DNA from: Patescibacteria group bacterium
Lineage (GTDB): Bacteria > Patescibacteriota > Microgenomatia > UBA8517
Direction: 5' to 3'
Assembly: GCA_041742135.1 (NCBI GenBank)
Contig: JBGSJG010000004.1
Location: 364,758 to 428,757, forward strand
DNA length: 64,000 nt
Positions 50,985 to 59,463 of the stretch are shown here, piece by piece; positions within the stretch are counted from its first letter, which is position 1; each line of letters begins with the position of its first letter. Under the pieces are notes generated by a model. It saw nothing but the letters and a program-made list of their open reading frames with translations. It did no database searches and was not told where the DNA came from. A program made the position numbers and the translations under genes.

Positions 50985-51992
50985 TCAATTGCTTGTGTAA
51001 CTTTCAAAAAATTCCAAATCGCGCGCTACAACTGTATTCCAATCTGGCCGCATATTGTGATCCGCGCCGGGATATTTATGATATGTAACGTCCAGCTCTA
51101 GTGCGCGAAGCTTTGCCACAAGCGAGTCGCTCCAGGAAACCGGAATCGCGTCGTCCGCGGTTCCCTGGTGTAGCTGAATTGGTGCAGCAATGCGATCAAG
51201 ATAATTCGTAAAAGAATACAAGTTAACGTCATATATTTCTTCGAATTGGGCCAGCTCGCGCCTGATGAATTTCCCGCCATCAGCAGACTCATCTGTATAG
51301 TAAAGAACCGAGTAAGGAAAAGGCTTGGTAACAGGAGCCCAAAGCGTTGTGGGAATTGCGCGTTTGGTGACCGATAGAAGCGTTAGGGCCACTTGCCCGC
51401 CGTTACTATGAGCCCAGATAAATACATTTTTGCCGTCCCATTTTTCAATTGAATCAAGAGAACTAAGCATGCTAAGCGCGGTAGTATAGGTTTGAAATCT
51501 TGTTTCAAAGATATCTCCAGATTCGCTGCTTGATCCCGCGTAACCCAAAAAATCTGGGGCAACTGTGATAAAACCATTGGAAGCAAAAACAGCCGCCGCA
51601 TTTTTAGTTCCTATGCCCGTTTCGTATAAGCTTTGATCTACATAGCCTCGAAACATCAAGACTAGCGGCAAATTGTTCCCCCCAGCGGGAATATTGATTT
51701 GGCCGGTAACAATTTTATTTTGAACATCTTCAAGAGTTGGATCAAAAGAATGTTCGAACAAATAGCTTGTATACTCATCTTCTTCAGTGATAACTTCGCG
51801 AATCTCAATTTCTCGCTGGGCAATGGTCTTACTCGCAAGAGCTTCTAGCTGATATTTGGCCAGAGGTGTTGGAATGGGAGTCGGAGAAGGCGCGAAGATA
51901 AAGCTTTCTGAAGGCGCTCTGGCGATTGCAAAGCCTATCCCCCCAGCAACAATCGCAGAAACAATAATTGATATGATTACCGATTTTCCCAT
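50985..51992 (-). CDS. secreted alpha/beta-hydrolase (esterase/peptidase S9-like)
   Basis: N-terminal transmembrane/signal segment, WAHSNGG (GxSxG nucleophile elbow) and GTADDAIP...H, indicating a catalytic Ser-Asp-His triad. Confidence 0.55.
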   Translation of the reverse strand: MGKSVIISIIVSAIVAGGIGFAIARAPSESFIFAPSPTPIPTPLAKYQLEALASKTIAQREIEIREVITEEDEYTSYLFEHSFDPTLEDVQNKIVTGQINIPAGGNNLPLVLMFRGYVDQSLYETGIGTKNAAAVFASNGFITVAPDFLGYAGSSSESGDIFETRFQTYTTALSMLSSLDSIEKWDGKNVFIWAHSNGGQVALTLLSVTKRAIPTTLWAPVTKPFPYSVLYYTDESADGGKFIRRELAQFEEIYDVNLYSFTNYLDRIAAPIQLHQGTADDAIPVSWSDSLVAKLRALELDVTYHKYPGADHNMRPDWNTVVARDLEFFESYTSN

Positions 51993-52023
51993 TCACACCT
52001 ATTGTACAACCTAGTGTATAATC

Positions 52024-52311
52024 TTGGCTGTGAAAGAAAGAGCCGAAATTAGAGAGCAACGTTATTTAGATATAACGTCATATTTACTAAATTACATCAA
52101 CGAATTCCAATGGCCTCCTACCATTGATGAAATATGTCAAGATGTTGGGATTAACTCAAAAAGTTTAGTAAGGGGTTATTTAAACAAATTGGCAAACCAA
52201 GGTGTGATCGAGCGTGGTGATGGAGCAAGAGAGATTCGTTTCACGCTCAGGCCACACCCTGTAGAGTTTCAATCTACCGCTAAAGGTTTGAAATCCGGTC
52301 CAGAAGAGTAA
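52024..52311 (+). CDS. LexA-like winged-helix DNA-binding protein (no peptidase domain)
   Basis: LTERQREIL-type N-terminus: PPTIDEICQDVGINSKSLVRGYLNKLANQGVIERGDGAREIRF resembles the LexA_DNA_bind domain. Only 95 aa. Confidence 0.45.
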   Translation: MAVKERAEIREQRYLDITSYLLNYINEFQWPPTIDEICQDVGINSKSLVRGYLNKLANQGVIERGDGAREIRFTLRPHPVEFQSTAKGLKSGPEE

Positions 52312-53677
52312 ATACCCCAAATCCTCCATAAAACAAAAATGCCGAGCCTACGGCAATTGTCCTGATTAGCGATGGCCTTAAAGGTTTGGGAAGAGCAGTA
52401 TGATTCATGACAAGCACAAGTCCTGAGTAAATAAACATCGAAATTGCGTTAAGTACTGCACCTGTAATCACTAGAGCTAAAGGCTCCGTAAATCCTGCGG
52501 CAAAAATTGCACACCCTGCTAGTATTTGAATCCATAAAAAGACGTAAAAATATCTTGGCGTATTTTTAGTTTTTACTGTCTCGCTCATGATATCCAGATT
52601 TTCCGTAGCAATGCGGGCATTACTACCCAAGACGGAAAACTGGGTTCCAAAAAGCATTATTCCAGCCATGAGAAGGAAAAATGTTCCAAGCTGGGGAATT
52701 GTTCGAGTAGCTATCGTTTCGGCCTCCAGAATCACAAAATTTATACTAGATACTGTATTTGGATTTCCATAAACAGTCGAGTAAGCCAAAAGGCTAAGCA
52801 TGATCATGGTCAAGGCTCCCGTTGCCCAGAATACGATTGCGTGTTCAGTATTGATCCTCCTCCACCAAACACGATAGTTTTTGAGATTCTTCTGGGTCAT
52901 ATCAAAAGTTGTCCCCGTCAAAGAAATGTTTTCTTTATTGCCACTGAATATTGAGGTTAGTCTTCCCGAAAACTTACCCATACCATAGCCTTTTTCTTTA
53001 ACATACAAAGATTGAGCGAGGTTTAAGTTTCCTCCTGCCCCTGCATACGCCAAAGCCGCCAGAAAAGTCGCAACAGGAAGGCCTGCAGGCAAAAACCAAA
53101 AGCCCTCGCCGCTTCCCACAAGGCCTTGGGCCAAGGCTCCCCAATCCGTTGGTTTGGCAAATAGTAAAGTGACAATAAAAATAAACGGCACTCCCAATAA
53201 AATAATGCCTTTTTGGATTGTTTCTTGAGTCTTATAGACGACTGATCCTAGGCTAAAAAGTACACCCATTGAAAGAAGAAGGGCAACACCTATTGTGCCC
53301 GAGTATTCAATTCCAAAAGCTGCCGCCAATACTGTTCCACTAGCAGCGGCAATCCCCGGCCACATCCACGGAAGAAGCGTGGTAAGAATAAACCAAGGTG
53401 GGGCAAATTTGCCGTATTTTCGGGTGAGTCCTACAAAAATGCTTTCTCCAGTGACAAGTGTGTAGCGCTCTATCTCCATATTAATAAAAAACTGAAAAGT
53501 GATGCCTACAAGTGCCGCCCAAGCAAGACCTAGGCCAAAATTTGAAGCTAGATATGGCCAAAGTATGAGTTCCCCACTTCCCAGTCCCACGCCAAGAATA
53601 ATAAAACTTGGGCCAATAAGCTTTCTAATCTTCAAAGGCGAAGGCATATCTGCCTTTTTAAGTGGATCAAGACTCAT
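52280..53677 (-). CDS. Nramp-family divalent metal transporter-like membrane protein
   Basis: 11-12 transmembrane segments. The N-terminal IGPSFIILGVGLGSGELILWPYLASNFGLGLAW resembles Nramp TM1-TM2 motifs. Confidence 0.45.
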   Translation of the reverse strand: MSLDPLKKADMPSPLKIRKLIGPSFIILGVGLGSGELILWPYLASNFGLGLAWAALVGITFQFFINMEIERYTLVTGESIFVGLTRKYGKFAPPWFILTTLLPWMWPGIAAASGTVLAAAFGIEYSGTIGVALLLSMGVLFSLGSVVYKTQETIQKGIILLGVPFIFIVTLLFAKPTDWGALAQGLVGSGEGFWFLPAGLPVATFLAALAYAGAGGNLNLAQSLYVKEKGYGMGKFSGRLTSIFSGNKENISLTGTTFDMTQKNLKNYRVWWRRINTEHAIVFWATGALTMIMLSLLAYSTVYGNPNTVSSINFVILEAETIATRTIPQLGTFFLLMAGIMLFGTQFSVLGSNARIATENLDIMSETVKTKNTPRYFYVFLWIQILAGCAIFAAGFTEPLALVITGAVLNAISMFIYSGLVLVMNHTALPKPLRPSLIRTIAVGSAFLFYGGFGVFTLLDRISNL

Positions 53678-53698
53678 TACTCAGTTTAGATATAAGAG

Positions 53699-54196
53699 TC
53701 AGTTTTGTAAATCTTTGGGCAAAATTACGGATGGAGTTATGGCAGTGGTGGTGATGAACACTTCTTTTCTTTCTATTTCTTGATCCTCGTTATCAAACAA
53801 AATGACCTCAAGGACGTCGCCGTCTTTTGTTGAGTCAGTAAGCGCAATTTCTAGATTTTTAACTTGATCTTCTGATTTTTCGCTTCTGGCCAGCCCTACT
53901 CCAAGTTTTTTCACAACTACATATCCGCCTTCGCCAAAATCGGCTCGCGCGATTTTAATTATATTTCCGGGCGGCTGGCTTGCTACTTCGAGTAATGAGG
54001 TTTCTTCTGGCGAGGGAGCTGGAGTTACTCTTTTTATCGAATAAGTTTGCCTAGGTGTTTCCAGTTGGGGTTTTTTGTTAATTTTAGGCAACAGTAAAAC
54101 GGTAATGATTACGACCACGATTGTGGCTAGGCTAAAGAAAGTTTTATAGTTTTTAGCTTCTTGACTTCGGGTTTTGTTTGGTATAGTCTGAGACAT
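53699..54196 (-). CDS. membrane-anchored hypothetical protein
   Basis: The track ORF starts at 54274. The internal Met at 54196 (MSQTIPNKTRSQEAKNYKTFFSLATIVVVIITVLLLP) removes the overlap with the divergent small ORF. Confidence 0.35.
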   Translation of the reverse strand: MSQTIPNKTRSQEAKNYKTFFSLATIVVVIITVLLLPKINKKPQLETPRQTYSIKRVTPAPSPEETSLLEVASQPPGNIIKIARADFGEGGYVVVKKLGVGLARSEKSEDQVKNLEIALTDSTKDGDVLEVILFDNEDQEIERKEVFITTTAITPSVILPKDLQN

Positions 54197-54455
54197 GGCC
54201 GATGAAATAAACGAACCAATTTCTGTTTCTTTGGTATATGATAGCAAAACCGGTAAAAGCATTCCTCGTAGCATTGTTTGGAAAAATAGGCTCTATCGAG
54301 TAAGTAAGCTTGGCCTTCACCATAGCTATCGCGAAGGGGATCTCTTGCTTCATGTTTTTTCTGTAGTTTGCGGAAGCGTTTTGTTTAAGTTAGTTTTTGA
54401 CACACGCTCGCTCAACTGGCGCTTGGGCGAGATCTCGGAAAGCTTTGCAGGTTGA
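54195..54455 (+). CDS. hypothetical small protein (86 aa)
   Basis: ORF track entry (MADEINEPISVSLVYDSKTGKSIPRSIVWKNRLYRVSKLGLHHSYREGDLLLHVF). The coding-like composition carries no motif. Confidence 0.3.
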   Translation: MADEINEPISVSLVYDSKTGKSIPRSIVWKNRLYRVSKLGLHHSYREGDLLLHVFSVVCGSVLFKLVFDTRSLNWRLGEISESFAG

Positions 54456-54489
54456 CGTTTACGGCGTGTTTTTGAGATAATACTCGACC

Positions 54490-54795
54490 ATGCAAGAACA
54501 GCAATCGGCTTGTAGAGATTGTGAAGACGAAATAATTAGGGCGCAGGTTAGTGTCGTTAAGCGCCAAGTTTACGATCTGTGCAACAGGCCAGAAACAAGA
54601 GATGTTACAAGAGATTGTCCGCTAAGGCAATCTTATCAGCCCGGGCTTACATTTATGGTTTCCTATGAACATCCCAGCAGAACGGAAATTGGAGACAGAA
54701 ATGAAATCACAGTAATTCATCCAGAAGTATGTAGAGCTGAGGTTATTCATCGATACGACGGGGACAAATTTTCAGGCAAAACTTGGAAATTGTAG
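54490..54795 (+). CDS. hypothetical small Cys-containing protein (101 aa)
   Basis: ORF track entry with CRDC...C...C, a possible zinc ribbon. Confidence 0.3.
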   Translation: MQEQQSACRDCEDEIIRAQVSVVKRQVYDLCNRPETRDVTRDCPLRQSYQPGLTFMVSYEHPSRTEIGDRNEITVIHPEVCRAEVIHRYDGDKFSGKTWKL

Positions 54796-55016
54796 ATGGA
54801 GTGCCTGCTTGTCGCGTGTGGATCGGCGAAGCAATAAAGGTGAGAACGAAAGCAGAACGCAGAAAGGATGATAGTGGTGTGGACATTGTCGAAAGTGAAC
54901 ATGGAATTGACGTAGTAAAGTCGGAAAGAGTTCCGGTTAGGGCAAGCATACTAAAAAGTTTTTCAAGTTTACTAGAAGAATCATTCACAATTGGCGGAGC
55001 AGAATTTGGAGATTAA
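54783..55016 (+). CDS. hypothetical small protein (77 aa)
   Basis: ORF track entry. It overlaps the previous ORF by 13 nt. Confidence 0.25.
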   Translation: MEIVDGVPACRVWIGEAIKVRTKAERRKDDSGVDIVESEHGIDVVKSERVPVRASILKSFSSLLEESFTIGGAEFGD

Positions 55017-55022
55017 GAATCC

Positions 55023-55322
55023 TTACTGAATAATATCTTTTCTATCCTTGGTTGGGATGTAAGTTGCATGTTTAGGATGATTCCCACCAAAACTTGTTCC
55101 GTGAACTCTCGAGGTTCGTAGTTGCCCTTTCGGACCCTCTTCCATCAGTGTGCCTCCTGTAATTTCAACTATTAAATCAGCAGTTGCTTGCACTGTTTCT
55201 GGACTATCAGCTTTGATCGCGTATTCACAAATCACACCATCTTGCATTGGGATGATTTCTCCCTGAGTCACTTCCGCGTGGTGAACTATAATTCCTCCTC
55301 TTTTTGGTAGTTCGGCTGTCAT
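55023..55322 (-). CDS. hypothetical protein (about 100 aa)
   Basis: The start was chosen at the ATG at 55322 (MTAELPKRGGIIVHHAEV), leaving an 80-bp divergent region before dinB. The track start at 55454 would overlap dinB. Confidence 0.35.
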   Translation of the reverse strand: MTAELPKRGGIIVHHAEVTQGEIIPMQDGVICEYAIKADSPETVQATADLIVEITGGTLMEEGPKGQLRTSRVHGTSFGGNHPKHATYIPTKDRKDIIQ

Positions 55323-55368
55323 GTGCCGCAAATATAGCACCACGTATTTTGCTTTGCAAGATCTACTC

Positions 55369-55396
55369 TTGACTTCGTGTTTTGTTTGGGTATATA
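55369..55396 (+). promoter_or_regulatory. sigma70-like promoter for dinB (TTGACT, 16-nt spacer, TATATA)
   Basis: TCTTGACTTCGTGTTTTGTTTGGGTATATAAAAAGCTATG. The -10 element ends only 7 nt before the annotated ATG. Confidence 0.35.
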
Positions 55397-55403
55397 AAAA
55401 GCT

Positions 55404-56645
55404 ATGGATACACGTATTCTTGGCTTTAATCCCGCAGAACCTTTGACAATGCACATAGACATCAATTCCTGCTTTGCAACCATTGAGCAGCAGGCAGACC
55501 CGCGCCTTCGTGGCCTCCCGATTGCGGTTGCTGCGTACGACTCGCCTCGGGGGTGTATCCTAGCGGCTTCTATTGAGGCTAAAAAATTAGGGATAAAAAC
55601 CGGCATGCTTGTGGGGCAAGGCAAAAGTATTTATCCAAAACTTATCGTCAAAACTCCGGACAGCCAAAAATATAGATTTATTCATCAGGCCCTAAAGAAT
55701 TTACTACTTGAGTATTCCCCGACTGTTTGTCCTAAATCTATTGATGAATTTGTGGTTAATTTTGAAAATCACGCAATTTTGGCCAAAGCGGGCTTGCTGA
55801 GCATTGCGCAAGAGATCAAAAATCGCATCCGATCTGAAATTGGTGAGTGGATTAGTGTGTCTATTGGTATTGGGCCAAACCGGTTCTTGGCAAAAACGGC
55901 GGCTGGGATGAAAAAGCCAGATGGCTTGGTTCAGATTACTAAAGAGAATTTTTACGAAGCTTATCAAACTCTTAGTTTGCGCGATCTTTGCGGTATAAAC
56001 TTTCGAAACGAGGCTAGGCTTAACTCTGTTGGAATTGGCTCGGTTTGTGAATTTTTCGCAAGCGACTTACCCCGCCTGCAAGCTGCCTTTCGCTCTGTAA
56101 ACGCTTATTACTGGTTCTTGCGGCTTCGTGGCTGGGAAGTGGATGGCGTTGAATTTGGCCGTAAGTCTTTTGGTAATTCTTATTCTATTCCTCAAAATTA
56201 CACTACAACTGCCGAACTCTCGCCTATTTTGGCCAAGCTTGTGAATAAATCAGCTAGCCGCATGAGGCGAGCCGGTATGAGCGCGTACGGTGTACACGTA
56301 TTTGCAAATTTTAAAGGTGGCGGGTTTTGGCATCACGGAGAGCGAACGGCCGAACCGATGTTTTACACAAGTGAAATTTTTTCTCGCGCAGTTGGCATTT
56401 TATCCAAAGCAAACATTTATTCGCCAGTTCATACGTTGGCGGTGAGTTGCTATGACTTGACAGACTCAAAGGCCTACCAACTTGCTTTGTTTGAAAACAG
56501 GACCAAGAAGAAATATTTGGCCGAAACTATGGATAAAGTAAACAACCACTTCGGAAGTTTTGTTTTAACTACGGCCAACATGCTGGGAGCCGAAAACGCG
56601 GTTCACGATCGAATTGGCTTTGGCAGAAGTGCTTTGGAAGTTTAA
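55404..56645 (+). CDS. dinB: Y-family DNA polymerase (DNA polymerase IV)
   Basis: MHIDINSCFATIEQQADPRLRGLPIAVAA...ILAASIEAKKLGIKTGM plus palm, finger and little-finger organisation. The start could alternatively be at the Met at 55452. Confidence 0.85.
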   Translation: MDTRILGFNPAEPLTMHIDINSCFATIEQQADPRLRGLPIAVAAYDSPRGCILAASIEAKKLGIKTGMLVGQGKSIYPKLIVKTPDSQKYRFIHQALKNLLLEYSPTVCPKSIDEFVVNFENHAILAKAGLLSIAQEIKNRIRSEIGEWISVSIGIGPNRFLAKTAAGMKKPDGLVQITKENFYEAYQTLSLRDLCGINFRNEARLNSVGIGSVCEFFASDLPRLQAAFRSVNAYYWFLRLRGWEVDGVEFGRKSFGNSYSIPQNYTTTAELSPILAKLVNKSASRMRRAGMSAYGVHVFANFKGGGFWHHGERTAEPMFYTSEIFSRAVGILSKANIYSPVHTLAVSCYDLTDSKAYQLALFENRTKKKYLAETMDKVNNHFGSFVLTTANMLGAENAVHDRIGFGRSALEV

Positions 56646-57160
56646 AAAATTACGCTATCGCCGACTTTTAACTCATGTTTTTGCACAAACCCCGCATTTA
56701 CTTCCAAGACCATATCTACAGGGTCATTTGGAATGTATTTTTTAAGTTCGTTATCAGCCACGCCCGGCTCGGGTACGGCATTTTCGGCAAAGCCAACTAT
56801 TTTGCCGTCGGCAATCCAGATGATATCAATTGGAAAAACCATCCCTTTCATCCAAAATACTACCGGACGAGGGCTTGAATATATAAACAACATGCCATTG
56901 TTCTCAGGTAGGCTTGAATATTTCGCAAGCCCGATACGCATAGGCTCCGGAGTATCAACTACTTCAACATTTATAGAAACCTCGCCGATTTGAAGTGACG
57001 GCATGGGCGTTGCTGTGGGAGTGCTTGGCACGATCACCCCGCCTTTTGGTTTAACAAAAAGTATAAAAAACGCTAAAGCTATTAAAGCAACTATAAAAAT
57101 AGTGAGAAGAACGCGTTTACTTGGCATTTTGGTGCGAAACCCCCATGACACTAGTTTCAA
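56642..57160 (-). CDS. DUF192-family protein (secreted)
   Basis: MRIGLAKYSSLPENNGMLFIY...VFWMKGMVFPIDIIWIADGKIVGF...MVLEVNAGFV matches the DUF192 pattern. Confidence 0.6.
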   Translation of the reverse strand: MKLVSWGFRTKMPSKRVLLTIFIVALIALAFFILFVKPKGGVIVPSTPTATPMPSLQIGEVSINVEVVDTPEPMRIGLAKYSSLPENNGMLFIYSSPRPVVFWMKGMVFPIDIIWIADGKIVGFAENAVPEPGVADNELKKYIPNDPVDMVLEVNAGFVQKHELKVGDSVIF

Positions 57161-57317
57161 GATCCAGAGTCGAAGCTGCTAATCGGTGATTGTAGGAGCT
57201 TACACTAAGGTAAACCAGAAGAACAAGCAAAAATACCATCCCAGGAATCATCAAGATTACGATCTTTCCAAGCTGGAAATCGTGAGCTTTAAGAATATGA
57301 ATATTGTGATCGTTCAC
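57117..57317 (-). CDS. hypothetical small membrane protein (66 aa)
   Basis: ORF track entry with one transmembrane segment. Confidence 0.25.
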   Translation of the reverse strand: MNDHNIHILKAHDFQLGKIVILMIPGMVFLLVLLVYLSVSSYNHRLAASTLDLETSVMGVSHQNAK

Positions 57318-57460
57318 AATTCATTCTAAAGCTAAAGTGCCCCTCGTTGCAATCGTGAGGATTCAGTTAGAAATGTTATTTAGTGTCGGTTTTGCCGAGA
57401 GTTTTGGTAAGCGATAAATTTGCCTCTTGCAAACACATACATGGGTAGTTAAATTTAATT

Positions 57461-58117
57461 ATGGCTTCAGGAAAAAGTAAAAAAGGTTTTAAATTAGGTT
57501 CTTGGTTCTTTCTTGCTGTTATTTTGTGTGGGCTTTTGATTGGATTGGTTCTTATTAATTCAGGCACGAGCCTTTTTGCTGGTGCTTCTTCGCAAAGTGC
57601 TTCCTCGACCATGATGAGGTATATGTCAAACAATCGCACCGCTAGCTCATGTAAGGCGCTTTTTGCAAGACTCCAAGCATCTTATGGCAAAAGCTGTCCA
57701 ACTGGAATACAACCCTTGAATGCTCCACAAGATGCCTATGACCCTATAGCTGATGTTAACAAAGACAAGACTGTTAACATTTACGATTTTAGCGATATTG
57801 CAAAGAATTACAGAAATGAGTCTTGGTGCAGCACTAAGCTAGCTGACACTACTAATCCTTGTGCACCAGCAGATACAAGAAGTATGGCTTGTAACGTCTT
57901 GTATTCTGCCCTCTCGACAAGTTTGGGGAAGTCGTGTGGACAAAGTGGTTACGACGACCGAGTCGATTTCAATAACGATAACAACGTAAATACTAGCGAC
58001 TTCAGCATTTATGCCGCAAACTTCCAGCAAAATGGCTGGTGCGAGAGGTATTACAGGCTTCCGTCTACTTGTTCAGTTACCAACTCAGGATCTGTTTCAG
58101 CTCCTAAGAATAGGTAA
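57461..58117 (+). CDS. secreted protein with two dockerin-like Ca-binding repeats and conserved Cys
   Basis: N-terminal transmembrane/signal segment. Two ~45-aa repeats, L..S.GKSC...D..DVNKDKTVNIYDFSDIAKNY....WC and ...DFNNDNNVNTSDFSIYAANF...WC, have Asp/Asn at loop positions 1, 3, 5, 9 and 12, as in dockerin EF-hand-like repeats. Confidence 0.5.
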   Translation: MASGKSKKGFKLGSWFFLAVILCGLLIGLVLINSGTSLFAGASSQSASSTMMRYMSNNRTASSCKALFARLQASYGKSCPTGIQPLNAPQDAYDPIADVNKDKTVNIYDFSDIAKNYRNESWCSTKLADTTNPCAPADTRSMACNVLYSALSTSLGKSCGQSGYDDRVDFNNDNNVNTSDFSIYAANFQQNGWCERYYRLPSTCSVTNSGSVSAPKNR

Positions 58118-58159
58118 CATCTTCATCTAATTTATCATTAAAATGTAGATTTTGTTGTG

Positions 58160-58245
58160 TGCCGAGGACAGGAGTCGAACCTGCACGAGGTATAAGCCCC
58201 ACATGGTCCTAAACCATGCGCGTCTGCCAGTTCCGCCACCTCGGC
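58160..58245 (-). tRNA. tRNA-Leu (anticodon TAG), long variable arm
   Basis: Manual fold: GCCGAGG acceptor pairing with CCTCGGC, anticodon stem CATGG/CCATG with loop TTTAGGA, a long variable arm and T-arm GCAGG-TTCGACT-CCTGT. Confidence 0.8.
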
Positions 58246-58287
58246 TCAATGTCAGCTATATTATACATTGTTTGATAGAATTTATGG

Positions 58288-59274
58288 GTGGAGCGGATAA
58301 AAGGTCCAGAAATTTCTGTTACTTCGGAAGCGGGTATGGTTCGTTTTTTGCCTGTCATGGATCAGCGAGGCACACCTGTGCCAACTGGTGAAGGTTCGTT
58401 TATGTTTTCTGAGACCCGCTTTTTAGGAGCCTTGCCCGCCATTCGCCAGCATCTTATCCACCTTTTGCCTGCTGGTAATTGGATAACCGTGAGAGGCAGT
58501 GTGATTGATGAAGGACCAACCGCCGTGCTTCGAATATTAGGCTCAAAATCGTTTCTACCTGATGCTATCCCCGTCGTGTACGAGGCAAACAATGATTGGA
58601 CAGTGCATGTTGGCCGTAACCCCGCTTTGCCGACTGAGGTTAACTTTGGGAAACCCGATCCTCTTGTTAAAGTCAAATTTACAGGGCATTCTGATCAGGT
58701 AGTTGCCCAGCTGGTCCACGGGGAAGTTACAGCCAGTCCAGATGAAAACCTAGTGGTTGAGACATCTGATGTTTTGATTCGTGATATGTTTAGCCAGCGC
58801 AGCGTCGTGGCTTGTAGCGAACCTCAAAGCATGCAAGTGACAAGTGGTGTTTACAACAACAAAACACACCGTGAGGAAAAATTCAGTTATAGGGCAACCT
58901 GCATGGTGATCGCAGAAGCCAGAGAGCTTAAAAAGGCTCGGCCTAAGGGTGGGTTTAAGACAAGACGTGACTCGGTAAGATTGTCTGTTGCAACAATTGC
59001 AGATTCAGATAACTTGTTAAGGATTTATCACGGGCAATGGCATTACGCCAGAAACTTGGACAAAAGCCAACGCAGAATGCTTTCGCTGCATTTGGCTAAG
59101 GGTGTTTTGGATGCGAACGGGACGGAGGTCATTAACCCTGATGATTATTTAAAGCAGTTAGACCTTGAAACGATTTGCGGAACTTTTAATGAGCCGCACG
59201 ATTCAAGCCTCAGACCCCTTGTCCGGGCTATTCACAAACGGATTTTTCCGTTGTCACAAAACCAGAAAAAGTAA
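58288..59274 (+). CDS. hypothetical protein (328 aa), higher GC than surroundings
   Basis: ORF track entry with no motif recognised. A strong terminator follows. Confidence 0.4.
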   Translation: MERIKGPEISVTSEAGMVRFLPVMDQRGTPVPTGEGSFMFSETRFLGALPAIRQHLIHLLPAGNWITVRGSVIDEGPTAVLRILGSKSFLPDAIPVVYEANNDWTVHVGRNPALPTEVNFGKPDPLVKVKFTGHSDQVVAQLVHGEVTASPDENLVVETSDVLIRDMFSQRSVVACSEPQSMQVTSGVYNNKTHREEKFSYRATCMVIAEARELKKARPKGGFKTRRDSVRLSVATIADSDNLLRIYHGQWHYARNLDKSQRRMLSLHLAKGVLDANGTEVINPDDYLKQLDLETICGTFNEPHDSSLRPLVRAIHKRIFPLSQNQKK

Positions 59275-59340
59275 TTTCGACATAGTTTGTTATATTGCCT
59301 AGAAGGCTGTTTTAGACTACACTTTCACAAATCTAACCAA

Positions 59341-59372
59341 CAAAAAACCCCGAGGTGAATCGGGGTCTTTTG
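59341..59372. terminator. bidirectional rho-independent terminator
   Basis: AAAAAA-CCCCGA-GGTGAA-TCGGGG-TCTTTT. Confidence 0.65.
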
Positions 59373-59463
59373 AGTCTAAATTCCGACGCTCAGACCCGAA
59401 AAACGGGCTTTGCCTCGAAACGTGTTGATACTATAGTCTATAGCTATAGGTTTGTCAAGTTTG

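Noticed and set aside
54280-55020. Possibility that the GC-rich 54.3-55.0 kb region is RNase P RNA, tmRNA or SRP RNA
   Set aside because: No tRNA-like T-arm or acceptor for tmRNA was found, nor any SRP domain IV motif. Only one partial P4-like string (CAGCCCGGGCTTAC on the plus strand, AAGCCCGGGCT on the minus) resembles the RNase P GGAAAGTCCGGGCTCC / ACAGAACCCGGCTTA pair, and no partner strand or other conserved elements were found. It is kept as a finding needing an Infernal scan but not called as a feature.
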